Part shown: piece after piece, positions 12,675-25,165 of the stretch
Numbering within the stretch: the first letter of the stretch is position 1
How the letters are laid out: every line of letters begins with the position of its first letter
NCBI RefSeq assembly: GCF_006345805.1
Contig: NC_043010.1
Location: 51,274,001 to 51,338,000, forward strand
Source: Octopus sinensis
Taxonomy: Eukaryota
Direction of reading: 5' to 3'
DNA length: 64,000 bases
Program-made: the position numbers and the translations under genes
The notes under the pieces: model-generated
Told to the model about the DNA's origin: nothing
Databases searched by the model: none
The model's input: the letters and a program-made list of their open reading frames with translations, nothing else

Positions 12675-13077
12675 ATCAGTCATTTCACTGCGGCCACACT
12701 GGAGCACTGCCTTTAGTCAAACAAATTGACCGTAAGACTTATTCTTTGCAAGCCTAGTACTTATTATATCGATATCTTTTGCTGAACCACTAAGTTACGG
12801 GAATGTAAACACACCAACATCAGTTGTCAAGAGATGGTGGGGGAACAAACACACATACACACACACACACATAAACACACACACACACCACACACACACA
12901 CACACACACCACACAAACACACACAACAGGCTTCTTTCAGTTTCTGTCAACAAAATCCACTCACAAGGCTTTGGTTGGCCCGAGGCTATAGTAGAAGACA
13001 CTTGCCCAAGGTGCCACACAGTGGGACTGAACCTGGAACCATGTGGTTGATAAGCGAGCTACTTACCACACAGCCAC
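12675..13077 (-). mobile_element. SINE family A
   Basis: Family consensus match. Confidence 0.85.
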
Positions 13078-13810
13078 AAATCTTTAATAAAACATTTACA
13101 TATACACATTTTCATATGTAAGTATGTATGTATCTATATATCTGTCTATATACATAAATTTACAAACACACACACATTGCTATTTAACTATCTTGGGTCA
13201 TTGACCAAAGGAAGTCATACTATGTTTAGTTTGGTTGAGTGAAAGCAAATCCTGTATTCAACAATAGCCTATTTATATATGTATGTATGTAGGAGTATGT
13301 GAGTGTGTGTGCTTGTGTGTGTGTGTTGTGTATGTATAAATCTGTGTAGATGTGTTGTGTTGTGTGTGTGTGTATGTAGATGTGTGTAGGTGTGTTTTAT
13401 TTTGTGTGTGATTAGTGCTGACTATTGCAAGAAAGTCATCCAGAGTATTTCATTAAACTGCATCTGGTAGCGGGGCCTTGGTGTGGGAGTTCTGGGGTTT
13501 TGAGGAGTGTGGAAGCCCCCATTAGCCCCTATTATTCCCAGGTCTTCTCTGCACCAGTGTAGTAGGATCTTTTAGGGTCCCAGCTATTGGTTAACTAACA
13601 TGTGAACCACTGGGAGTGAAGAACTCCAAGTTCTTGTCAGAACTTGGAGAAAGTAAAACATGGTTGTGTGGTAAGAAGCTTGCTCCCCAACTACATGGTT
13701 CAGGGTTCAGTCCCTTGTGTAGCACTTTAGGCAAGTGTCTTCGACTATAGCCTTGGGCCAACCAAAGCCTTGTGAGTGGATATGGTAGATGGAAACTGAA
13801 AGAAGCCTGT

Positions 13811-13847
<37 letters not shown>

Positions 13848-13849
<2 letters not shown>

Positions 13850-14003
13850 AGAAAATAGAAAATGGAGAAGTACTGATGAACAACAATTGGTTTACATCAA
13901 TTATTATTCATTAATTCATTGAATTAATAGATAATAAATAAAAATAATAATTGATGTAAGTCAATTGTTGTTCATCAGTACTTCTCCATTTTCTGTTTTC
14001 TTT
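13848..14003. repeat. 61-bp inverted repeat (3 mismatches), 34-nt spacer
   Basis: Arms 13848-13908 and 13943-14003. Confidence 0.92.
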
Positions 14004-14164
14004 AAATTTTGATTCTTGATAAATCCATATTTTTTCCTTGTCTTTACCTATAATTTATGAGCATAATATGTTTGCATATGTATGCACATGGTTAAACATA
14101 GGTAATATACCAATAGTATAATGGATACTTGTGGAGTATGAATGTATGTAGGTATGTATGTATG

Positions 14165-14775
14165 CTTTTTTATATATATCTGTTCAGTTTTATTTCAAGA
14201 TAGAGAGATAGCCAGTTTCTAACCTAGATTCAAGGCTCCTTCATTGGAATTTCAACATCAACAGTAGGGTATTTTTGTATGTATGTATGTATGTATGCAT
14301 GTATATGTGCAGATTTGTATGTTTTGCTTTATGTATGTATTCTCATGCATAAGTAGCATATCTAGTCATGCTCATATACATTTAAATGATGAACTTCTGG
14401 AAAGTTTTACAGATCTTCACAGAAGCCTAATTCCTCATGATTGGTTTTTAGGCAGTGTGTTACGTATCCCAGGGTTCCAATAATTACAGGTATAAGCCTG
14501 AACCTGTAATCTAGATAGATAAATGCAGATTTCTCAATAGTTCATTATAAGTGTTCTCTTTTTCACTGATCTTCAGCTTTATGTTAACATCCACTGGGCA
14601 GCTGATTTCTTCAACTGTACACAGTTTCTCTTCTCTATTCCAAATCATTATATGTGATCTGTTGTGCTTACATTTTATTGAGGTCTTCACTAGTACATTC
14701 CACTAGTACTCCTACCATATGGTGGGTTCTTATTTCTTTGTCCTTGGTCCTATCCTTACGACAGATTTCATTATA
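14165..14775 (-). mobile_element. R4/Dong-like non-LTR 3' end with REL endonuclease relic and 3' UTR
   Basis: WNVLVKTSIKCKHNRSHIMIWNREEKLCTVEEISCPVDVNIKLKISEKENTYNELLRNL ... VKICKTFQKFII* (stop near 14382). Confidence 0.75.
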
Positions 14776-14964
14776 GAGTGTCCTATCTACATGTATATGT
14801 ACATGTGTATATATGTATGTATGTAACCAAAAATAAGCAACAAGAATGGATCTGGTAATTTAGTACAATTGTTTCATACTATAACAATTTATTAAAGCTG
14901 CAAATATTACAACAGATATAAAATGTCAAGTAATCTTCAGCTAATTTCATATAGGTTTTCCGAT

Positions 14965-15228
14965 AATGTATGTATGTATGTATGTATCTGTGTATGTATG
15001 TATGTGTATGTATGTGTATGTATGTATATGTATGTGTATGTATGTATATGTATGTGTATGTGTGTATGTATGTATCTGTGTATATATGTGTATGTATGTA
15101 TATGTATGTATGTGTACGTATGTATATGTATGTGTGTGTATGTGTGTATGTATGTGTGTATGTATGCATGTATGTGTGTGTACTTATTTGCGTGTGTGTG
15201 TGTGCGCGTGCGTGTATGTGTGTGTGCA
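14965..15228. repeat. (TATG/TG)n microsatellite
   Basis: Direct reading. Confidence 0.9.
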
Positions 15229-15838
15229 GTGGTAAAACATACAGTGTCACTCCTTCTATAAGAAACGAAATTAGCAGAGTCATTGATATGTTGGAATTAA
15301 AAGGATGGCAAATGGTAAAAAAAATGGCAATTACAGCAGATGACGTTTCAAGTTGCAAATTCCCGATTGAGATGATGACGTGTTGGACTAGTGTTTTCCT
15401 ACCGGAACCCATGTGAGCTCAGGAGTTCATATGAGGTCTTGTTGTTAAAATTTATGAACAATAAAAAGGTTATACTTTTACAAAACACAAAATACTTCTT
15501 AACAAGTTTTTACTACAATTACTAATAATATTTTATAATAAAAAATATAATAGTGTGTGTTTTTATTTAACATGGGGAAGGTGTTGAGGTTCAGCAGAGC
15601 TAAAGATGTCAAAGAAGTCCATAGGCAAAACGAAATTGAGTATCACTATGTTAGACAGAAACCCATGTGTGGTAAGTAGCTTGCTTACCAACCACATGGC
15701 TCTACGTTCAGTCCCACTGCGTGGCACCTTGGGTAATTTTTTTTTCTTCTACAGCCTCGGGCCGACCAAAGCCTTGTGAGTGGATTTGGTAGACGGAAAC
15801 TGAAAGAAGCCCGTCGTATATATATATATATATATATA

Positions 15839-16250
15839 GGAGTGGGGGTGTGGTAAGTAGCTTGTTTATGAACTACATGGTTCCGGGTTCAGTCCCACTG
15901 CGTGGCACCTTGGGCTAGTGTCTCAGCCGACCAAAGCCTTGGGCCGACCAAAGCCTTGTGAGTAGATTTGGTAGATGGAAACTGAAAGAAGCCCGTCGTA
16001 TATGTGTGTGTGTGTGTGTGCATGTTTGTGTATGTGTGTGTGTGTATGTTTTTGTGTCTGTGTTTGTCCCCCCAACATCGCTTGACAACCGATGCTGGTC
16101 TGTTTACGTCCCCGTAACTTAGCGGTTCGGCAAAAAGTGACCGATAGAATAAGTACTAGGCTTACAAAAAATAGGTCCTGGGAGTCGATTTGCTCGACTA
16201 AAAGGCGGTGCTCCAGCATGGCCACAGTCAAACGACTGAAACATGTAAGA
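15839..16250 (+). mobile_element. SINE family A, near full length (preceded by a 5' half copy at ~15660-15815)
   Basis: Family consensus match. Confidence 0.88.
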
Positions 16251-16330
16251 GAGAGAGAGAGAGTGGCCTGTTAAAGAGCCATGTATACTGAAAAATAGAT
16301 AATACATAGGACTGAGGTGTAATCAATATC

Positions 16331-16340
16331 AGCCAATCAG
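16331..16340 (+). promoter_or_regulatory. CCAAT (NF-Y type) box AGCCAATCAG
   Basis: Exact match to the RRCCAATCA consensus just upstream of the candidate first exon. Confidence 0.5.
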
Positions 16341-16379
16341 AAACGTGTATTTAAAAACCAACCCACCAACGAGTACTAG

Positions 16380-16637
16380 CCGCCTTGTGCAAAACAAAAC
16401 GTAAGGTGTCTGAGACACGTACATGCACGCCTCTACTTAATTCATTTCCCCCCCGAATTAGTCTGATTCTTTTCTTTTCATTTATTTTTAATCAGTTGTT
16501 TACCATTCGTCCAGATCTGAAACATCGCCCTTCTCCTCCTTTATTTACATTCTTTCTATTCATCCTGTTTCAATTAGAGGCAAGTTTGGTTTCACTGATC
16601 AGTGATAACAGGATTAACTGGAATCTAAAACTGAAAG
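16380..16637 (+). other. Candidate non-coding first exon of sideroflexin (start approximate)
   Basis: Ends AAG|GTAAGA at 16637/16638, downstream of the CCAAT box. Confidence 0.45.
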
Positions 16638-17359
16638 GTAAGAAGTGTCTTGTGTCCCTTGTAAGTTTTTAACATTTGTTTGCTAAATAGAAATCCGTTC
16701 CCTACGACTCCCCCCTACCGCCTCCCCGCATTCGATTTCATTAACGAAAATGTCATTGCATCATTCTATGTCTTGTCAGCAAATTTTAAGTAAATTTTTC
16801 GTAAACACATTGTTTTTATATAATATTTGCTCGCTGACATGGAACTTTTCGCTTCAGGGACTCTTTTTTTGATATTATTAAATAAAACAATCTCAGTAAA
16901 GTCTGGAACAACGAAATATCTCATCTCTCCTTGCCCTCAGAAATCATTTCTGATGCTTATATAAGCAAACAACACATTTTCTACGTCGAAACCTATACGA
17001 GGTCTCACAGCCTGTTAGAAATAACAGTCAAATCTTGCCTCATTTATCCACCGATTTATAACCTCCCGTTTAATTAATAGGGCACTATGTCAAATTATCT
17101 AGTCCCAATTATTCTGCGTGATTGAAAGCGGTATTATTACGGCTGTAATATGTTTTATCTTAGAGGTCAAATCCCACCGTAGGCTGAACTGCAGCTGAAA
17201 CAAAAACAACAATTTATATTTATTTCTTAGTTCAGTTTTGCTTCTCAGCCAAAAATTCGCTTTCGATTAGGTCATTAACAAACCTTCATTCTCCGAAAAA
17301 TGCACCAATTGTTACACACGTTTCCTTCGAACAAAATAGATTTCTCATTTAACTTCCAG

Positions 17360-17406
17360 TGCTTATATATCAGACTATGTATGAAATTAGAGTCGTTCTT
17401 TCTCTG
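17360..17406 (+). other. Candidate 47-nt 5' exon with an in-frame upstream ATG (17377)
   Basis: tttctcatttaacttccag| acceptor and CTG|GTAAGT donor; ATG TAT GAA ATT AGA GTC GTT CTT TCT CTG is in frame with ATG 29226. Confidence 0.45.
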
Positions 17407-18329
17407 GTAAGTATGTGTGAATGGGATTTAAATTACTTCGCCATGTAAGCATATTACATATGCTACCACAACAACGTGTTCGTCTTTGCTGTTTCTTCCT
17501 GGTTTACATACACACTCATACACAAAATCAAACGGACCGTTTCAAGCGACATAATTGCGTTGGCATAACTACAGATGTGTGCCACCTTCGATTTTGTTGT
17601 TGCTTCGTAACTTCCAGAAGACAGCAAAGTCGTGGGAGTGGGGGTACACCTCTGTAGTTATGTCGCCTTCGAAATGGATGGCATCTTTTTATGAAAATAA
17701 AGTTTTGAAAATTTCACCACCCCTCCTCACCATCCTACTCCGGACCGATTTTGGCTTTTTTTTTTTGCACTTAAAAATCATGGGAGGAGTCTTTTCGGTA
17801 AAAAAAAAAAGGAAGAAAGAAAAGAAAAAATGTAAATATTTTCAGAGGGAAAGGTTTGCGATGTAAGGTAGATTTGGCTGTTGTTTCTAGCACATCCCAA
17901 GACCACCATATTCGTTTTCACCCTCATTGATGTTTTTTCAATATTTTCTTCCATCAAACACATTTTATGAAATGATGATGCCGAAGTAACACACGCGTGG
18001 TCCATTGATGATGAAGGGTGGATAAACAAGAGTTACATGTACTTTTAAAGAAGATCGAAAAAACAACATTGATATTTCGTATACTTCATTGTGATTATCG
18101 ATTACATCACCAAACGGCAGTTAAAAATCAAGCCCTAATTTTCTATGTCAGCTTCCCGCCCCTTTTGTTCTCTGATGACCCTTTGATCATTGACCGTAAC
18201 AATTTTCTATCTCCGAGAGGTGAAGAATTAATTTTGTCCTCGGACTAGAATCCGAAGAGTTGTCTGAAGCTACGGCCTTCGTGGATGCGAAACCATTGGT
18301 CCCGACCACCCTTCGACTTTTTTACTGAG

Positions 18330-18561
18330 GGCGGTGAGCTGGCAGAATCGTTAGCACGCTGGGTGAAGTGCTTAGCGATATTTCATCTGCCGTTACGTTC
18401 TGAGTCCAAATTCCGTCGTGGTCGACTTTGCCTTTCATCCTTTCGGTGTCTGTTAAATAAGTACTAGTTACGCACTGGTGTCGATGTAATCGACTTAATC
18501 CCTTTGTCTGTCCTTGTGTGCCCCCTCTATGTTTAAGCCCCTTGCGGGCGATAAAGAAATA
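18330..18561 (+). mobile_element. SINE family B (OR2-like)
   Basis: GGCGGTGAGCTGGCAGAATCGTTAGCAC head and AAAGAAATA tail. Confidence 0.88.
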
Positions 18562-18639
18562 TATATATATATATATATATAATATACAGCTTTATTTTGA
18601 GATCGCTAGTGTTAATACTCGCAAAAAATACAGACTGGA

Positions 18640-18960
18640 GTTGTAGTGCTCCAAGTGAGCTATATTTCACTTCTTAATTTGAACGGAGTTGGTAGTTCGA
18701 TGGACTTCAAGCAAAGGTACCGGTGCCATCTGAGTTCTTTTAACAATCCTAACTATAGGACATCTACGGCATTGGCATCATATGTAAATGACCTTAAAGA
18801 AAGGAATGTTGCATTCAGATTATCGTGGTCTATCTATCCTTGCACACGCTTCCCCATATGGAATTGGATCCAAAGAAGCATACTTTATATTGAAAAATTA
18901 TGATCATGCAATGTTATAAATTCACTGATTCAATACCAGCATTTACACATAGGATCCACT
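18640..18960 (+). mobile_element. Penelope-like element, GIY-YIG endonuclease C-terminal relic
   Basis: DFKQRYRCHLSSFNNPNYRTSTALASYVNDLKERNVAFRLSWSI matches the PLE pattern F..RY..H..SF......T.LS.Y...LK.......WSI. Confidence 0.75.
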
Positions 18961-19035
18961 CTACGTTCTTGAAGAAATTTAAAAATAAAAATAAAAATTA
19001 GAAATATAATAATAATAATTAAAATGATAATTAAA

Positions 19036-19074
<39 letters not shown>

Positions 19075-19163
19075 ATTAATAGTAATGGTATGACAACAAA
19101 AGAATGAATGAGACCTCGATATTATGGAAATAGAGGAATTTATCTATAATATAATATGTGACA

Positions 19164-19213
19164 ATTATTCGGTTGCCATAATACTCAGAGTTTTATTATG
19201 GCAACCGAATAAT
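19164..19213. repeat. Perfect 20-bp inverted repeat, 10-nt loop
   Basis: ATTATTCGGTTGCCATAATA / TATTATGGCAACCGAATAAT. Confidence 0.92.
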
Positions 19214-19234
19214 CATCACACACACACACACATA

Positions 19235-19474
19235 TAAGATCTGAGCTACATATGTTTCATAGTGAGCAAAACCTTGGAAGTGGTAAATATCTAAGCGAGG
19301 TTTGTACCATAGGGTACTTGTCAGGCCAAGGGCTTTCTGATTGATTCTTCCATGTGTTAACAAGTACCTCCTTGCAACAATGTAAACTTTCATTCAATCA
19401 AGATACCCTTGGCCTGACAAGTAGCCTGCAGTATACACCTCGCTTCTTATGAAACATATCTAGCCCGGATCTTA
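19235..19474. mobile_element. Diverged fold-back (MITE-like) element
   Basis: Arms 19235-19261/19448-19474 and 19293-19344/19394-19445 are ~80-90% reverse-complementary. Confidence 0.6.
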
Positions 19475-19758
19475 TCTATTCCATTCCTTAACTCTTGTTA
19501 TTCTCATACCCGGCAAGCCTGGTCATGTACCGTTAAATATAAAAAGAACTTTTTTCAGTTTATCCTACTTTGATACAAAAAAATCCACAGGCATAGGAGT
19601 GGCTGTGTGGTAAAGTAGCTTGCTTACAAACCACATGGTTCCGGGTTCAGTCCCACAGCATGACACCTTGGGCAAGTGTCTACTACTATAGCTTCGGGCC
19701 GACCAAAGCCTTGTGAGTGGATTGGGAGAAGGAAACTGGAAGAAGCCCATCGTATATA

Positions 19759-19800
<42 letters not shown>

Positions 19801-19836
19801 TATATATATATGTGTGTGTATATGTATATGTATATA

Positions 19837-20588
19837 CTTTGATACTTTGATACTTTGATAGGTTTCGGCCATTATTGCCCAGGCCATGTCTAACTTAATA
19901 GCACCACCTGGTGAAGTCTTTCAAGTCAGAATTTGGGCACTATGGCCCACTCAAGTAGAGAGTTATTGTTTACAGAGACATATCCGGGTGTAGGGGGTTT
20001 ATCCGGGATTTCTTGAAGGAATCTGTCAAAGACTTCTTGAACCCTATAGGGTCAGTTTCTGTTTTAATGTGTTTTGGTGTAATGTTAAAGAGAGCGGGGC
20101 CAATTGAGGTGAAATAATTGTGCCGTATTGTTGTTATGAGATGAGAGTGCGATTTTTGTTTTGGGCGGATGGCACGGGGCCAAGCCTTGGATGTACCTTA
20201 AAGGTGATGCCAACATCATTGGGCAATGCTGATGGAATATTTTCCACATCATGCAGATGATGTAGCGCTCACGACGACGTTGGAGAGAATAGAGTTTTAG
20301 CTTTTCTAGCCGACCCCAATAGTCGAGGCCTGTCATGCCATCTATCTTTTTTGTGATTGCCCTTTGAGTGCTTCAACTTTTATGATACCTTGTATTGTGT
20401 GGGGAGACCACAGTGGACAACAGTATTCAAGGTGGGGTCGGGCAAAAGTGGAGAAGAGAAGGATAATGGTGTGGATATCTCTCGACTGGAAAGTTCTGAG
20501 AATCCAGGAACACATTCTGCGGGCCATGTCAACTTTGGTGTTTATATGAGTGGCCCAGCTTACGTTGTTGTCACAATTACTCCCAATT
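19837..20588 (-). mobile_element. CR1-clade LINE 3' fragment with (TATCAAAG)3 tail
   Basis: RPHLEYCCPLWSP and YWGRLEKLKLYSLQRRRERY motifs; 8-bp tail repeat at 19837-19860. Confidence 0.9.
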
Positions 20589-20589
20589 G

Positions 20590-20671
20590 TATATATGTAT
20601 ATATATAGATATATATAGATATGTATGTATATATATATATGTATATATATATGTATTATATATATATATTG

Positions 20672-20722
<51 letters not shown>

Positions 20723-20907
20723 GTATATATTATATATGTATATATATATATGTATATATTAATATATATATATTGTATATATATATATGTATATATATAG
20801 TATGTATATATATATATGTTATATATATGGTATATAATATATATATATGTTATATATATGTATTATATATATATATATATGTATATGTATATATATATAT
20901 GTATATA

Positions 20908-20949
<42 letters not shown>

Positions 20950-20954
20950 ATATG

Positions 20955-20988
<34 letters not shown>

Positions 20989-21175
20989 ATATATGTATAT
21001 ATATATATATATAGTATATATTATATATATATATGTATATATATATATAATTATTATGTATATATATATATATGTATATATATATATAGGTATATGTATA
21101 TATATATGTATATATATATTATATGTATATGTTATATATATATGTATAGTATATAGATATATATGTATATATATA
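20590..21175. repeat. Long interrupted (TA)n microsatellite
   Basis: Direct reading. Confidence 0.9.
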
Positions 21176-21894
21176 TCCCTCTCTCTTGGAGAGGCATAAG
21201 CACCTACACACACGGCAGTAACTTCCGCCTACCAAATCCACTCACAAAGCTTCGGTCGCCCAGGGGCTATAGCTAAACGACACTTGCCCAAAGTGCCATG
21301 CGGTGGGACTGAGCCCGAAACCATGTAGCTAGGAAGCGAGCTCCCTATATATATATATATGTATGTATGTGTGTGTGTCTGTGTTTGTCCCCCCCCCAAC
21401 ATCACTTTACAACTGATGCTGGTGTGTTTACGTCCCCGTAACTCAGCGGTTCAGCAAAAGAGACCGATAGAATAAGTACTAGGCTTACAAAGAATAAGTC
21501 CTGGGGTCGATTTGCTCGACTAAAGGTGGTGCTCCAGCATGGCCACAGTCAAATGACTGAAACAAGTAAAAGAGAAAGAGAGAGAGAAACCTTCCATCTC
21601 ACTAAACCACAATTGTCCCTGAAAGTTTTTTTTTTTTTTAATATTTACTATGGATTGCTTGAAGCTAACTTTCTTCCTACACCTTGATCCTTGGATCTTA
21701 TATATGAATGGTGTATGTACTTGTAGAGAGATATCTACAAAACATTATTATAAATCCGGCATCTGTCTTCAGGGTGGAGAGATTGGCATCTACTGGTTCA
21801 GATCATAATGGAAAGAATTCAAGGGTAGAATGGGTGAAGAAGAAGGAAAAGGCAAGTAGAAGTAGGTGGAAGGATAAATATATACTCTTTACTC

Positions 21895-22288
21895 TCTTTT
21901 ACTTGTTTCAGTTATTTGACTGTGGCCATGCTGGAGCACCGCCTATAGTTGAGCAAATCAACCCCAGAACTTATTCTTTGTAAGCCTGGTACTTATTCTA
22001 TCGGTCTCTTTTTGCCGAACTGCTAAGTTACGGGGATGTAAACACACCAGCATCGGTTGTCAAGCGATGTTGGGTGGACAAACACAGACACACAAACACA
22101 CACACATATATATACATATATATATATACGATGGGCTTCTTTCAGTTTCCATCTACCAAATCCACTCACAAGACTTTGGTCGGCCTGAAGCTATAGTAGA
22201 AGATACTTGCCCAAGTTGCCATGCAGTGGGACTGAACCTGGAACCATGTGGTTGGTAAGCAAGCTACTTACCACACAGCCACTCCTGC
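21895..22288 (-). mobile_element. SINE family A
   Basis: Family consensus match. Confidence 0.88.
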
Positions 22289-22710
22289 AAAAACGTTTTT
22301 GGAATGGTAAATCTTCCAGTATGTAACGCTGTAAATAATGGTGTAGCATGTTGTAAATATTGGGTTAAAAAAAAACCTTGGATTGAGAAGGTTGGCGGCT
22401 TTGCATAGGACTTAAACCCACAGTGATACACACATACACACACACATATAGGTGCAGGTGTGGCTGCGTGGTTAGATGTTTGCTTCCTAACCACATAGTT
22501 TCGGGTTCAATCCCACTGCATGGCACCTTGGGCAAGTGTTTTCTACTATAGCCTTTCTACTAATGCCTTGTGAGTGAATTTGGTAGAAGGAATCTGAGAA
22601 AAGCCCATCATACATGTGTGTGCGTGTTTGCCCCCCACCACTGCTTGGCAAGCAGTGTTAGCATGTTTACGTCCCTGTAACATTAATGGTTTGGTAAAAG
22701 AGACCGATGT

Positions 22711-23020
22711 GGAGGTGCAATGGCCCAGTAGTTAGGGCAGTGGACTCGCGGTTGGAGGATCGCGGTTTTGATTCCCAGACCGGGTGTTGTGTGTGTTTAT
22801 TGAGCGACAACACCTAAAAGCACCACGAGGCTCTGGCAGGGGCTGGTGGTGACCCCTGTTGTACTCTTTCGCCCCAACTTTCTCTCACTCTTTCTTCCTG
22901 TTTCTTGAGTAACGCTGCAATGGACTGGTGTCCCGTCCAGCTAGGGGGAATTCATACCCCACAGAAACAGGGAAACCGGGCCCATGAGCCTGGCTAGGCT
23001 TGGAAGGGGCACAGAAAAAA
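22711..23020 (+). mobile_element. tRNA-derived SINE family D
   Basis: GGAGGTGCAATGGCCCAGTAGTTAGGGCAG head; near-identical copy at 48818-49130. Confidence 0.8.
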
Positions 23021-23463
23021 AGAGACTGATAGAATAAGTATCAGACTAAAATTCTTCGTGGCAGTGCCCCAGCATGGCCAAAGTCTAATGACTGAAACAA
23101 GTAAAGGATAAAAGATACATACAGAGAGGTAGAGAGGCAAACAGACAGACAGACAGACATGCACACATTTACGTATGTGCATGCAGTTATATATAATCTT
23201 CCATGAGGCTGCTTCCTGTTAAAATATTGGAAGAAAGGACAGAAAGGTTACATTCACTGAACACTTGTTGTTGGTAAAGAGTAAAGTCAAAACATCTCAG
23301 GCAGATAGGAAAGAGCTGTTGCCAGATTCTAGTTTTCTGGTCTGAGGTAGCATGATGTGATGTTGGAAAGTGCAACTTTGCAAAGTATTAATAAGTTCTC
23401 TTTCTTTCTGTCTGTCTGTCTTTCGCTGTCTCTATCCCCCTCTCTCTTTATATATATATGTGT

Positions 23464-23517
<54 letters not shown>

Positions 23518-23634
23518 ATATATATGTATGTATGTATGTATGTATATATATGTATGTATGTATGTATGTATATATATATATATATATGTATGTATATATA
23601 TATATATATATATATATTTATTTATATATATATA

Positions 23635-23770
23635 ACAGATTCCATCACATGCAACTGTACCAAGGACTGCCACTCTAGAATTGGACTGTTCAGTCACAGC
23701 AGACGCTGCACATCATCAAAGTAGGCCCCACCCTTGGCGCAACCCATTGTCTATCAAGACAGACGGGGAT
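23635..23770 (+). mobile_element. RTE (BovB-like) extreme 3' tip
   Basis: [18 protein letters not shown] zinc-finger C-terminus. Confidence 0.75.
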
Positions 23771-24089
23771 AAAGAATGTATGTATGTATGTATATATGTA
23801 TATATATATATATGTATGTATGTATATATGTATATATATATATGTATGTATGTATATATGTATATATATATATGTATGTATGTATATATGTATATATATA
23901 TATGTTTGTATGTATGTATATATGTATATATATATATGTATGTATGTATGTATATATGTATATATATATATGTATGTATGTATGTATATATGTATATATA
24001 TATATTATATATGTATGTATGTAGTATGTATATATATTATATATATATATATTTATTTATATATATATAACAGATTCCATCACATGCCA

Positions 24090-24790
24090 GGAGGAAAAAC
24101 TAGAAGTAGTTGATAGCTTCTGTTACCTAGTTGACTAAGTCAGTAGCAGGGGGTGGATGCCCTGAGAGCATAGCTGCTAGAATAAGAATAACCTGGCAAA
24201 GTTCAGAGACCTACCTCTGCTGATAACAGCAGACTGTATGATGCATGTGTGCAAACAGCCATGCTACTCGGCAGTGAAACATGGGCTGTGACAGCTGAGG
24301 ACATGCATAGGCTTGAAAGAAATGAAGCTAGAATGCTCCACTGGATGTGTAATGTTTGTGTGCATATACAACAGAGTGTAAGTGCCCTGAGAGAAAAGTT
24401 GGACATAAGAAGCATCAAATGTGGCATGCAAGAGAGATGACTGCACTGGTATGGTCATGTGTTGGCTATAGATGAGGACAGCTATGTGAAGAAGTGTCAC
24501 ACTCTAACAGTGGAGGGAACTCGTGGATGAGGTAGATCCAGGAAGATACGGTACGAGGTGGTGAAGCACGATCTTCGAACTTTGGGCCTCACAGAGGCAA
24601 TGACAAGTGACTGAGACCCTTGCAGATATGCTGCGCTTGAGAAGACCCGGCAAGCCAAATGAGATCGTAGCCGTGGCCAATGCCAGTTTTGCATAACTAG
24701 CTTGTTTAAAAGTACCCTTCAACTGTCGGGCAATATGCTGTGCTTGAGATGACCTGTTGAGTCAAGTGAAATCATAGTCATGGCTGAATT
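24090..24790 (+). mobile_element. Decayed RTE LINE 3' fragment (same family as 3029-5888)
   Basis: [20 protein letters not shown] and LERNEARMLHWMC motifs. Confidence 0.88.
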
Positions 24791-25133
24791 TGGTAAACAG
24801 AAACTGAAAGAAGCCTATATATATATATATATATTAATAATATCAGGGTAATAAAGATTTTAGAAATTTTTACTACCAGTGGCCTAGCGTATAGAAAAAT
24901 TAGTCAATAGACTATATATTATTCATATAAAATACAGTGTACATTAAAATACATTAAGATGTTTCCATCATAGGAATCCTTCACACTAGAAAGAACAGCT
25001 AAAGTCCAAAGCACTAATTAAGGATAAATTCTCTAAGGGAATGAAAAATATAAACATTTACCATCTCTTTCCTGGACCATGGTTTCTGACTTATTCTAGT
25101 AAATAAAATAGTAAATTATATGTACACTGTATT

Positions 25134-25164
<31 letters not shown>

Positions 25165-25165
<1 letters not shown>

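Larger units (their letters stand above)
16300..18550. promoter_or_regulatory. CpG-retaining putative promoter / 5' region of sideroflexin
   Basis: CpG visibly more frequent than in the gene body; CCAAT box and strong plus-strand splice donors; no TSS data. Confidence 0.55.
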
